Assembly (NCBI GenBank): GCA_973895155.1
Contig: OZ316899.1
Span: 7,753,241-7,817,240 of the forward strand
Length of the DNA: 64,000 nucleotides
Direction of reading: 5' to 3'
Source of the DNA: Marsupella aquatica
Lineage: Eukaryota > Plantae > Marchantiophyta
Below the pieces are notes generated by a model. The model was not told where the DNA came from and searched no databases. It saw only the letters and a list, made by a program, of their open reading frames with translations. Position 1 is the stretch's first letter; the number at the start of each line of letters is the position of its first letter. Shown piece by piece: positions 25,260 through 38,334 of the stretch. The position numbers were made by a program, and so were the translations under genes.

Positions 25260-26180
25260 CCGAGTCCATCTCAGAGACCCCCGCCGAGAATAATTTAGGG
25301 TGGAAACTAAATGTCAAAGACCCTCGCCGAGTAGGATCTAGGTAAAAGTCTATGAGAATCCATGTCAGAATCTGGGAGACCCCCGCCGAGAATGACTTGG
25401 GATGAAAAGTAAATGACACTCAGCGACCGAGGAAGTCCCTAATCCACCACAGAGAGGCTCGCCAGATAGCGCGACCGCATGTCAGAGACCCTCGCCGAGT
25501 AGGATTCTAGGTAAAAGTCTATGAGAATCCATCTTAGAATCTCGGAGACCCCCGCCGAGAATGACTTGGGATGAAAAGTAAATGACACTCAGCGACCAAG
25601 GAAGTCCCTAATCCACCATAGAGAGGCTCGCCAGATAGCGTGACCGCATGTCAGAGACCCTCGCCGAGTAGGATTCTAGGTAAAAGTCTATGAGAATCCA
25701 TGTCAGAATCTGGGAGACCCCCACCGAGAATGACTTGGGATGAAAAGTAAATGACACTCAGCGACCGAGGAAGTCCCTAATCCACCACAGAGAGGCTCGC
25801 CAGATAGCGCGACCGCATGTCAGAGACCCTCGCCGAGTAGGATTCTAGGTAAAAGTCTATGAGAATCCATCTTAGAATCTCGGAGACCCCCGCCGAGAAT
25901 GACTTGGGATGAAAAGTAAATGACACTCTGCGACCGAGGAAGTCCCTAATCCACCACAAAGAGGCTCGCCAGATAGCGCGACCGCATGTCAGAGACCCTC
26001 GCCGAGTAGGATTCTAGATAAAAGTCTATGAGAATCCATCTCAGAATCTCGGAGACCCCCACCGAGAATGACTTGGGATGAAAAGTAAATGACACTCAGC
26101 GACCGAGGAAGTCCCTAATCCACCACAAAGAGGCTCGCCAGATAGCGCGACCGCATGTCAGAGACCCTCGCCGAGTAGGA
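25260..26180. repeat. Tandem repeat, 169 bp x ~5
   Basis: GAGACCCTCGCCGAGTAGG recurs at 25485, 25654, 25823, 25992, 26161. Confidence 0.95.
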
Positions 26181-26999
26181 AGTCGGAAGGCTATTTATTC
26201 ATCCTTCAAGTCAGGCATATTTGCAGAGGGGATTATAAGCCACCCGACGGAAGAAGAAGAAATGTTTTAGGCAAGGCCGGACGGAATCTTGGAGAATATA
26301 CTACATCCCCAGAGTTTGCATGTACCTTCTTGGCGGCTGCTGGCAAATATGTACCTTGTACATGTGCAGAATCTGTACCTTCTTGGCGGTCGCTAGCAAA
26401 TAGGTACCTTCTTTGTGGTACAATTGTTATATGTATGCTCCGGATTCTACGATCGTTATATGGTACGCACGTTGTCCGGAACGGTATTCTTGGCGTAAAG
26501 TACGGGTACTTTAACATCTGATGTACCGCCCAAGTTCTAAGCCTGAAAGTGCGGTATTATTGGCATAAAGTGGTACCAATACTTTAACGTCTGATGTATA
26601 AAGCCGAAGGCCTGGGGACTAACATTCCCAGTGTGGATTTGGGACACATGGCTTCTCTTGTGATAATCCGATCAGTAACCGGGGATGTTGTTGTTTTTCG
26701 TCAGATTGAGGGAGACAGTGTTCGAGTCACTAAGGAGCATGAAGTAGCAAGCCGATTTGGTTTGAAGGTAGGGGATTTCATGATTTACGAGGAGAGAGAA
26801 GATGGGCTGTCCACTTCTGCTGAATCCAACGGTGATGGAGATGAGCGAGAGTGGTATCTGAAATGTGGCGTGTCCTATACTATCTGCAAAAAGAAAGCAA
26901 GTTCATGCAATGTTAGTGAGGGTCTTGGAGATTTTGCGCACTCCCCACAGATTGATGAACCGGGTGAATTATGGAACAATACACCGTGTCAGAAATTGT

Positions 27000-27670
27000 C
27001 CCAATTTTGGGAGGACATTCACCAAGTTGGTAGACCCCACTCAAATTTGTCGCCAGTGTGGCAGGATGTTGGAGAGGCAGATGAGCCAGTGAAGGAGACA
27101 CCTCGACCCAGCGCAATCAATCTCAGAGGGGGTCTTCGACATGGTGAACCTTCTCAATTGAGTACACCTTGGTCAAATTCATTCCATATGTGGGAAGATG
27201 TTGGAGATGTGGATACACCAGTGAAGGAGAAACGTCGATCAAGTGCATTCAATCTCAGAGGGGGTCTTCGAGATGGTGAACCTCCTCGGACAAGTACACC
27301 TGGGTCCAATTCATTCCAAATGTGGGAGGATCTTGGAGATGGTGATACACCAGTGAAAGAGAAACCTCGATCAAGTGCATTTAATCTCAGAGGGGGTCTT
27401 CGAGATGGTGAACCTCCTCGGACAAGTACACCTGGGTCTAATTCATTCCAAATGTGGGAGGATCTTGGAGATGGTGATACACCAGTGAAAGAGAAATCTC
27501 GATCAAGTGCATTCAATCTCAGAGGGGGTCTTCAAGATGGTGAACCTTCTTGGACAAATACACTCGAGTCTACATCATCCCAATTTTGGGAGGATCGAGG
27601 AGCTGCTTATACTCCACCAAAGGAGACACCTCGATCAAAGGCATTCCTTCTCAGAGAGGGTCTTCGAGAA
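27000..27670 (+). repeat. Coding tandem repeat, 132 bp (44 aa) x ~5
   Basis: TCTCAGAG recurs at 27121, 27253, 27385, 27517, 27649. Confidence 0.92.
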
Positions 27671-28781
27671 GGCAATTCAGTATGGAAGGATGAGTTCCTT
27701 GTCAGTGTTGTTCATGCCATGCTACACGGGAAAGGGACCTCTCGATGTGTACAAGCTACTCGTAAGATTTTGAGCACAAAATTGCCGGAGAGAGTTCAAC
27801 GATTACCAGAAGTGTATGATGGAGACCATGTTTTTGAGTTGCCACCTTTTACAGGTCCATACTTGAAGGGGTGTTTCTTTTTGGGCATGGAGCGAAAGAA
27901 TGATTCTTACATGTGGAGCAGGTTGATTGAGACAAGAGAAAATGTCGGCCCAAAGCTAAACAACAACAGTCACTCTTACAAGATCCAAACTGTGAAGTGT
28001 TTGGGTTCTCTGCGTTGTATGCATAGGGATTGTGAGAATTTTGAAGAGCGCAAAGAGCACAATTTTGCAAAGTGGACCCGAGATTGAGCAGGTACAAATG
28101 AGCTGCCTTTCCCTATTGGATGCAACATTCCCCCATCAAGTGTAATTTGTAGCTTCTGCAGGAGGCCTCCTAGGTGTATAGCTGGATGCCCAAGTGAGAT
28201 GTACTACATCACTCCAACCAAGGACGACCTTAATTACTGTCACAAGTCTCGTGTTGCCATGCATGTTGGAAATCACACCCATCCCGCAATGTTCACGCAC
28301 AACAAAGATCAACGATCACTTGTGCGTAATCTCGTGGAGGAGGAACTGAAGAGGAGTCCTACTGCACGGCCGTCTGTGATCAAGGTCAAAGCAGTACAAA
28401 AACTTAAAGATATTTTTGAGGACCCAGTGGCTGAGATGGTCACCACTGAGGAGGCAAACGACCTTGATGAAATGTTGGCCATTCTGGGTGACGAATCTGT
28501 TTTCCGCTCGATGATCAGGAGCATCAAGAGATACTCTCATGTGTCGTCTGATGTAAGCATGATACTAGAGATGCGGAAGCACACTGCATTTCCTTTTATC
28601 CAAAGTGTTTTGTTCCCAACCCAGAACGTGGGAACAAATGAGCGGCCGCACATTTTTAAAATGAGTACAGAAGGTCCCGGGTCAGGAGTGGACCTTGTTC
28701 GAAGAATGCAGCCAAGAGGGGATCTTGAGCATTCTTGGGTGATGTCTGATGTCATGCACCGCATACTTGACAATAGATGGT

Positions 28782-31700
28782 TGTGATGCCTAGACAGGAA
28801 TCACTCGGCCAGTTAAGTGGGTAAAGCAGGAAGGCACCCTAGAAACACCTTAGTATAGGGACAAAACAAGGAAAATATAAACAATTAGGGGCGACCATGG
28901 AACCCGGGCCGAGGCCGGAGGTAAGGACGCTGGGGGAGAAAACTCGATTAGGGTTAGGGCGCGTTAAGCGTCGGCGGCTAGGAAGAATCAACGGGAGGAA
29001 GGACCTGAAGAGGAGAGGGGTAAGGAGCGCTTGTAGGAGATGGTGGCTCATTTGCGAGCACGAACTAGGCAGACGACTACGGGAGGCCAACTACTGTCAT
29101 CTGCTTAGGGAAGCACTCGGGGAGAGAGTAGATACCGACGATCGACCTAAGGAGGGTATGAGCAACGTCAATCAAGCGGCACATTTCTGGGGATGCCTGT
29201 TCGAACGGACAACTGAGCACATCAAGACTTACGAGGACGAGGAATCAGAAAGGGCAGCTCGAGAATGGCAGGAGCTCGCTCGATTGTGGGAGCTACAGAA
29301 GACGGCTTTCTTAGGAGGCGAACTCATCAAGGACGAGTTCTTGTGGACTCCTACTTCCAATCAACTCGACGATCTTCTGTTTTGCAAAGACAGCGTCGTC
29401 GGCATCCGAGAGGCCATCAAGAACTGCAACGACATACACTGGGAATTAAAGGGTAGCATGGAAAGGTGGACCCAAGCAACGGTGCTAGGAGAAACCTCCA
29501 CGGCAGCAGAGATGAAGAGGAAGGGAGCCGTCAACGATGAAGCCACCCCGGCAAAAAGAACAAGGTCGGCGGCACCAAAGAAGCCAGCCGAGCAGCAGAG
29601 CAGGAGGCAGGGAGAAGCCGAAGAGGAGGAGGTCGATCCCATCAAGGCCATTCCAACCAGGGATGACACCTGGAAGGGCTGGGCGGCAACCCTACCGGTG
29701 GAGGTTCAACTACATTTTGCACGGGAGGAGGATGCATGCTTTACGGCCATGCAGACCAAGAAGTACCAAGGCTTCATGGCCGGATCCGGCTTAGATGCCT
29801 TTGTAAGATTACCATGGCTGAAGCCGGAGGTACCGGAGTCAGACCTATTAGAATTCGTGGGGTCATGGGAACCCAAGACCAATTGCACGAGGATATATGG
29901 GAAGGATTTCTATCTTACTCCCAAAGTGATTGCCGAAGTGTTTGGCTTGCCGATAGGCAATAAGACCAAAGTTGATACCAGGAAGACCTTGCCTGACAAG
30001 GAGTTCCGGTCGTTCCCCGGGCCATCAACGAAGAATGGCTTCTTCCGGAACACCTGCACCAACCCGCACATAGGAGAGATGATCGACTTCTTGCGGGTGA
30101 CCATGCATTGTAACTTGCCGAGGGCAGAGATCGGCAAAGCACAGGTCTATCTGGCAGAGAGGCCAGATCCAAGCCGGGACTACAACGGGTACCTCCTCAA
30201 CCAATTGAAGAAGATCTTAAAGGAGGAGCAGCAGGTAATCGGCATGGGGAGCGTGTCGCGGCTTGGCTATCACATGCCGCTGTTGTGCCGGTATGCCAGA
30301 GGTCAGACTTTTGCCCCAGTACTTCCCCTGCAGGTAAGGGCACCCGAGGAAGCTCCAACGCCGAGGCCGTTAGTAGAGAAGCCTCAACCACCTGTTAGCC
30401 CTATGATCGAGCAGGTGTTTAGGCCAAGGACGGAGGACTTGCCAATGCAGCAACCAGGCATGCAGAGTCTGCTGAAACTACTGGAGAAAGAAAAGAGATC
30501 GGCATCGGCAACGACAATGGCAACGGCAACAATGCAGGACACTACTCCAGAGGTAGGCCTACACCGGCTCACAAGAGAAAACCCCTTTGCTGGAGACAAG
30601 GAGAGAATCAGGCCGGAATCCAAGCCAGGTGTTCGAATGTATGTGGGAGTCTCAAGCTCTGAATCTGAGGCAGAATTGCCTGAAGCTCCTACCGACGAAG
30701 AGGAGAGGGAGAAGCCGGACGTCCAAGAAGTACAGGAGGCAGTGGAGGACTGCAGCCATGATAATTCCGGCTATGGGTTCCAGGAGTAAGGACCTGTGGC
30801 CGGTTTGTCCCCACGCTTCCAAGGGTAGTACGAGGGGACCCCAACCAGCAGAGTAGCCCTGAGTCTCCCCCACCAGATGTTGCTCCCCCGAGCTTTGACG
30901 GCATAAAACAGACGGCGCAGGAATTTCAGGAGCGAATCAGGCAGGAAGAGGAGGCAGCCCTGGCTAGGGAAAAGGATTTACCAGGAGGAGATTGGCCGGA
31001 GGACATCAGGCGGCTAGCCGAAAAAGGAAGCAAACCTCTAGCCACGATTGAAGAGATCCGCAAGACGGCTTGGGAGCAGAGGCCGCGATGGGCGATGCCG
31101 ATCACTCCTACTTACTCCACCTACGCTAAGAATAGAGCCATGGAGTATGGTGAGATGTGTGGGGAACTTGCGCTCGGCATCTTTGGAGAGGAGTTGGAGG
31201 TAGGACCCTTTTTCCATAGGGAGCAGTTGGAGAAGCACCAATTAGAAGAAGCGGTGGCTTTAGAGAGAAGCAAGAAGGACGAGGTCATTCGGCGGCTTAG
31301 GAAAATGGAAGCCGAGATTGAAGACCTAAGGGCGGCCAAGAAAGCCCAAGATGAACTGCGGATTAAACGGCATGAGCTGAACATCATGCAGGGGCAGTTG
31401 GACACCGCGCAGGCTGATAATCGGAATATCAAGGATAAACTGACTCAGACGCAGGGAGAGTTGGCCGATACGATCAAAGAGAGGGAGAAGTGGAAGCGAG
31501 AGCTGAAGAATACAGAGGAGGCCCACATAACAGCCAACAGCCGGGCCATGGCGGAGACCCAAAGAAAGGAATGGGCGTTGAAGGGGGAGCTCGAGAAAAT
31601 CCGCGGAGCCCTTGAGCAGAAGGAGGCCGAGTTAGGGAAATCCTATCAAGGGATTATGGCGCTGCAGTAGGAGCTTGCGTCCCTGACGGCCAGCTTCAAG

Positions 31701-33441
31701 GCCGACCTAAGGGAGAAGGACGAGATGCTCGATCAGACTTACACCAAGATGAACCAGATGGAGTTTGTCATCATTGCAGAGCTCGACAAGGAGCTAAGAG
31801 CAACCCGGGAGGAGAGGACTACCTTGAAACAAGAACGGGAGGAAGCCCAGAAGGAACTAGAGGAGGCGTGCAAGGACCTGGATGAGACCCAGGAGGAGTT
31901 GGAGGAAATCACGAGGAAGATGGAGAACCTCCAGCGGCGGGCCGACAACCAAATGGAGCGGCTGAAGAAACAAGCCGCAGTATTTAAGTGCTTGTCTTCA
32001 TCAGGCCCAACTCCAATTGGGGCAACCAAGTTACCAGGAGTGGTACTGGCCAAAGAAAAAGCCGCGCCACCTGCACCAGTGCCGGAAGTAAGTGGGAAGG
32101 GGAAAGGACCAGCTGCCGAACCAGAAAGGAAGAAGAAGCGGAAACCTTCAGGGTCAAGGAGTAATCCGACCCCACAGGCCGTGGTGACCAAGGAGGTAGA
32201 CCCAGCACCATCCTCCGGCATGAATACGGCAATAGATTCCGCTATCATCAAGGGTGGGGATGGTGCGGCCCAAGCCGAACTACTCAGTAATGAGGCCGGT
32301 ATCCCAGATCCGCCTCTTGAGCAGGCCGGTGAGACCATAGCCGAGGCTGAGGCCGTAGCCGAGAATGACTCCTGATCCGATGCCGACGCCGATGGTGGAC
32401 CCAGTCAGGCCGATAGAGAGTTGACTCAGTCAAGGGCAGGTAATCTGTCAGAAAATGAACCTACGGCAGTGGCTGAGGAGGAAGCGTTGGGGGCGTCCAT
32501 TGAGGATCCACCACCGGTGTCGTGACGGTGCAAGGGCGCCGTTCCTTTTAGGAAGGGCGGACGTGGAGGGAGGAGGCATGAGTGGGCAGGGCGGGCGCTG
32601 ATCTCCAAGTTTAGGATTAGGATCAGGACCAGGAGCGGCCCTGACACTTAGCTTGTGGGATTGCGGTTCCACTGGTAGGAGCAACACTTGTGCTCCTGCC
32701 TTGCTGTACATAGGTAGATCCGGGCAAGTAGATTACTGTTAGGTAGATTAGGCTTACGCTGCAAAGAATTAGGCGGATCCACTACCAGGATAAGTACCTG
32801 GGCGGCGGGGAGCTTAGGGCCTCTTCTTTAGCAAGTTTTTAGTTTGCACCAGCCGGGCTGGGATCAAGTAGTAAGGGAAGCTCTCGGTTAGTCATACAGT
32901 GACCCTTGTGTATATTCATGTTTCCTCATGCCTAAGAGCTGAATAGAGTTGGCCTCACGGCTTAGTTCGCAGAGCTTGTGTATGAGATGTACTGTTTGTA
33001 TGGCAAGTGCATGGTATGACTCAGTCAGAAGGAGTCATTTTGCTATTTGTGTGTCGCATTAACTTGTGTGAAGAGTGCCCACATCAACCAACAGAAGGAA
33101 GGAAAGTAAGCAGGGGAGTGAGAGTTGGATGTGTCGATCTGAGAGAGGTCTTAGCAGCTTAACCAAGCCTATTGGGGATCATTCCGGCGGCGGAATCCAA
33201 ACATACCTAACAAGACGGAGGGGAAGACGAGGGAAGGCCTAGATTAGGCCGGCTACGTATCTCATGACCCGATGAAGGATCTGTCCAGTATATGTGTGTA
33301 AAATGTTAATAGTAGTAGTAGAAGGTTAGCAGCGTCCCATGCCGCTAAGCCGCGGAAACGGCCTCGCCAAGCGCGAAACCTGCGGGAATCGGCTTGAGCT
33401 GGGAGGTTTCTTGGGTTTAGGGAGCCATGGGACGCACCACA
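28782..33441 (+). mobile_element. Solo LTR B (4660 bp)
   Basis: TG...CA ends, TSD ATGGT on both sides, homologous to the LTR of D. Confidence 0.93.
28897..32375 (+). pseudogene. LTR-encoded PMD-like + coiled-coil protein (broken by stops)
   Basis: ORFs 28897-30789, 31095-31670, 31725-32375. LLEFVGSWEPKTN...LTPKVIAEVFGLPIG. Collinear with 59670-63083. Confidence 0.75.
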
Positions 33442-34497
33442 ATGGTGCACTATGTCTGCACACGTATATGACCATTTCTATCAAGGCTTATGCACAATCT
33501 TTGTGTGTGAGCTAGTTTCAGAAGACAGCAAGTCATTGCAAACTGCATGGAAGGTCATGTGGAGGGTATGTGAAGAACATGGGCTGAAGAATGTGCAGTT
33601 TTGTGGATTTATGGCTGATAATGCTCCTGCTGGGTGGAATGCGATCCGCAATGAATTTTGGGATGGAAAGGTAAATTCCCATAGAGAGAGGTCTGATGCA
33701 TTTCACTGGGCCCAATCAGTACAGAGAATGCAAAAGCACATTGTCCCAAGTAAGAGATTCGAGCATAAAGAATTGTTGGATTCACTTCGGCACGCCGGTA
33801 ATATAGTTCTTGCCTATCGAGTTTTTGAGAAGCTGAAAACGTGGTGGAATGAGGGCAATGTGCTACCAGGAAAAGCAAAGGAGCTCACCACGTGGATGTC
33901 TTGGTGGATTGTTCGGTTTTCTCAATGGGGAAACTTTTTGAGACTCGTAAGTGTCTTAACACTTTCCCTCCCTATGCATGATATCCGTCAACACGTCGGA
34001 TCTCGGCGAAGCTCTCCGAGATACGCTCTGATACACCTATTTTGTCTGTTGCCTAGAACATAACAAATGACCAAAATTGATATGTTTTCTGGAACAATAT
34101 TGCAGGAGATGGACAGAGAAAAGGCAGCACTCATGCCTAACCACAGCGGGGCAGAGTCGGTACACGCATCTATGCGTAAATCCTCATCTAGTACAAAGGT
34201 TGGGTTAGTATAATCTTTTACCCTGGATGCATCTCGCGCGTTGAGCCAGAATGGAGCTTTGAAGAACTACAAACTCAGTGGGAGGAAAGGACGGGGACTG
34301 AGCTTGTTTGAACTTTGACTTCGAGATGCTACTGCCGTTGGGAATGTAGAATCTTTCTTTCCAAAATTGAACACTGCTGTAACTCAACCACACTTGCGTG
34401 AGTTCTCATCCGCGGACCCACTTAGCGGAGATGTAGAAACGGTTCCGATGAAACGTGGGAAGGCCATTGCTGGCCATCATGTTGTAGTAGAAGATTC

Positions 34498-37400
34498 TGT
34501 CGCACCCCTACCCTGGGCCTTAAATCCGGGTTAGTGTCGTGGTGCGACCTCGACCACCAGTAGGGGTGAGGGTTCGGGCAAGGAGGTGTGTAGTGACCTT
34601 CAATAGCCCTAAGTCGGGCTAAGCCGCTATACTTACTGGTATAACACTCGCATAATTCGTACTTGTCATAGGTATATTTATTTTCCACCGCTGGAATTTT
34701 CCCTCAGTTAGTGACGCGGACTAACTCCCGACTTGGGGCTTTTCAAGCCATCGACGTGACAGGACCTTGTGACATGCAATGAGCGGCAATCCCTACCATT
34801 AGTCCGCACCCGGTACGTCCCTTAAAATGGCGCCTTTGCCCGGACAAAGCATACACACAACACCAGTTACTCTCAGAAACATTAAGGGGAAAAGACTACA
34901 TTTACTCAGCAAAGCATCAGTTTACATGGTTGACTCGACTTCAAAGGGGGTCAGCAGGCCCAACGGCAGTCGATGCCCAGTCTCTACGAGGCCCTGCCTC
35001 GCACTTGCCCAGCAAGCTCGACTCTGGCTCTCACTCCTTGGTACGCTCTGACCCTACTCAGGCCGGGACTCCCCGTGCCTCGCCTTTCTTCTGCTGAGAT
35101 AACTAAGCCTTCTCCCGCTTCCCATCGCGGAAGGGGAAGCCTAAATACTACCATAGCGGAAGAGAACCGGAGGATACTACCTTCCGGGGTACTACCTACT
35201 GACTAACTAACTGCTGACTACCGGTCGCGCTGCACTGACCGGTTGACCGTCGACTACGAGTGTGCCAACCGGAATGGCAGCGGCCAAGCCTACTGACAAA
35301 CTCTAGTCCGTTGATGGACTCAATCCTACGTTGGCTGATCCTAACTGACCGGCCCTAATTCTTCCTACTACCGCTAATCGGCGCCTAATGACAGTCATTC
35401 TGTCGTTACGCCTAACTAAAAGATGCCGCTGACTTAACCGCTTCGCGCGGCGCCTGCTTCTACCCTTCGCTAACTACCCCTTACGTGTGTGCAGTGGTTG
35501 GACCAGGGCTGGTCCCCTTGTCGGGGCGAGACCTCGAGCCGCCTTGATCAGAGGTGGGCCCAGGTTTTCCCCGCTGGAGGACGAGCAGGGTGACGCGGTC
35601 CTGCAAAGCCTTGTTGTCCCATAATGCTTCCTCCGCCTCGTTTGCAGCTTCGTCGGCTTCAGTCTGGAGCCGCGCCACCTCCAAGTTGAGCTGGTCGATG
35701 GCGTCGCGATGGACCTGGTCCTGCGCTAGCAATTTATCTCGTTCGGCGGAGAGACTAGCCACCTGCTGTGCTGCCTACAGGAATTGTTTGTTGAGGTCGG
35801 TCAAGCTGGTAACCCGAGCCGAAGATTCTGAGCGTAATTGAAGCACGGTGTCGTCCAGCTTCTTGAGTTCGGCCTGCGCTCCGCTTAACTCCTGGGTTAG
35901 TCCGTCCCTCTGTTCGACAGTGCGGACTAAATCCTCGCGGCGGGTCATTGCCTCCTCCTCGAGGTGCTCTACCAGCATCTGGAGACGCCCGATCTCATTC
36001 CCCTTCGCCATGAGTTCTTCTTCCAAGCGGCTGACGATCCGTGGTTGGTGCTCTAACATGAAGAAGGCTGGCTGAAAGTACGCCGAGACTTGTTGTCCGA
36101 TGTATGTCGCCAACTCCCCAGACATAGTCTGGCTAAACTTCTGGACCAGGTCGTAGGCCATGGTCCCCGGGGCTACTTGGTAGTCCTCCATCCTCTCGGG
36201 TACCGGTGGTTCCTCGGCAGGGGCAACGAGCTCCTCCGTAGTCAGCGCTGGGGAGGGGAAGGTTTCTTCAGGTGGTGGAGGGATTGGGGGTGGTTGTACT
36301 GCAGGTAGCGGAGGCTCAACGGAAGGAGGCGGTGGAATTTCCACAGGGGGCGGTTGCGGAGTATTAGTCGGGGCTTCCGGCTCGGGGTTTGTCCGAGGGA
36401 CAGTAGTCCGCGTAGTCGGGGTTGCCCCTCTGGGGCGGGGGTGACATTACCCGGGGCTGAGGTGGCCGTATTCTTTCCTCTGGCCTCCCGCCGTGCCTTG
36501 TACCAGGCGAGGATAATGGCGATATGACTCCCCAAGTAAGTCTTCCCTCCAATAGCCATACCACCCTGAGCCCGCTTCAACTCCCCCGAGAATCTTCGGT
36601 AGAAGAATTGGGCCCAGTTTCGTCGTTTGTACTGTTCCACCTGCACTATCGTGCAGAGGGAAATCTCGGACCGTGGCTCAATCATGTGTAGGGTAGTTCG
36701 TATGAAGTTAAGCCGCTCCATACAGGTTAAGTTGGTGCAGGCCCCCTGCTTGTATCCGTTGTCCGTCTTACCCTCGGGTTTGAAGTGCCGCGACGTATAC
36801 TCCTTATCCCGAATTCGGATTTCCACCGGCACCGGCCCGGTTGGTAGGCCGAAAATTTGCGTTAACCGATGCTCCGTGAGTGATAAGGTCTGCCCCGAAA
36901 CCTTGGTGGTTGACGCATCAGTGTCAAAATTGGAGATGAACTCACAAATCTCCTTCGGCCCGGCGGCGCACGGCCTCCATAGTAAGTGGGCGAACCGCTC
37001 CAACTGATGCTCCTTGAGATAGTCCGCATGTTCGAGTTTCTTGATCGCGATCCAGACTACCTCGGGGACGCGGATTACCTGTAATAAGTTGGACTTCGGG
37101 TTATCCGGGGGCCGTCGGGTCTGGTTGGTCGGGGGGTTTGCCGGGGCAGGTGCAGGCGCGGCGTCGGTCCGTGTTGATTTGGGGGCCGTCGTAGTCCTTG
37201 ACCGCTTACGAGGACGCTATTCGAGTTGCGGACTAGCTCGCTCGGAACCTGAAGAACACTTCGCGTTGATTACTGGACGGACTTGGGACTGGTTCGGCGG
37301 TACTCCGATGGTCATCGGTTGAGGCGCTGGGGTAGCCCTATCCCAGTTGAAGGCATTGGAGCTTTCCCCGAGGAACGTGAGATTACGCGCCGCTTCCCGT

Positions 37401-38334
37401 TGTCTGCTGATGTCTTCTTGGCGCTTTTAGGCTGCGATCTGCTGGTCTAGGTACCCCGGAATCTTGTCGAAATCCGCTTGAGTAAGCCGCTGGTTGCCCT
37501 TCAGCTTAAAGAACTTAGCTGGAACCTCAAGAATTGCCTCTGCTACCGATCTAAGCCCTTCCTCGCTGAGATATAGTTCGGTGATGTAGTCTCGCAGCTC
37601 GTTATAGCTAGAATCCCTGGTGATGGCTGTCCTTTCGCAATTAACCAGTGCTACCTTGGTTACCAGCTTCGCGTACCTTTGTTCGTAAGCGGCTTTCTCG
37701 GGGCAAGAGTACCAGTAAGTCTCGGAGAACTTAGCACCTACCTCGCCAAACAAGGTCCAAAATCCCAAGGCTGTGAGGGTCATACTAACCTCGTAGTCCG
37801 GTTTGTTGCGTCCACGTTCCCACCTGGCTGGTCCTTTCTCGCGGAGGCCTCGCTCGTCCTGACTAAATCTCGCCACATTCCGCTCTTCTCCCTCGATAAT
37901 TTCCTCGTAAAGGTCGACTGGATTCAATCAAAAAGGCGAGCGGATGGCAGCGTCCGTGAATTCCAAAAAGGTAAACGTGAGCGAATGGCCCGCAGTGCCA
38001 TCGGCTCCTCTCTTATGGGGGTGCCCGGACGAGCCCGAACGTGAGAAGGTCAGGCCGTTTGGTCATTGATAACGAGCTGAAGTCGGCGTCTCGGTCCAAG
38101 CGTGATTCTTCTAACTGATTTTTACTCCGCTGCCGCCACCGTACCTCGGTCGCGCGTAATAATCCCTTTCCTGAACTCGTAATTATTCGGTTATCTTAAC
38201 CTACTCCTAATCTAATCATAATGGCAACTTGACGGCTATACGTGCTATTCTACGCTATGGCTACGGTCCTAATGACCGTATAAGTCCTAATCTACGACCT
38301 GGGTTCGGTCAAGTGACACGTTACCTGTGTCACA
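34498..38334 (-). repeat. 3' LTR of C (contains frameshifted copy of LTR ORF, 35481-37927)
   Basis: Near-identical to 44410-48247. Confidence 0.95.

Noticed and set aside
23598-25959. ORFs within the 401-bp and 169-bp arrays
   Set aside because: Repeat-derived frames on both strands with no recognisable domain.
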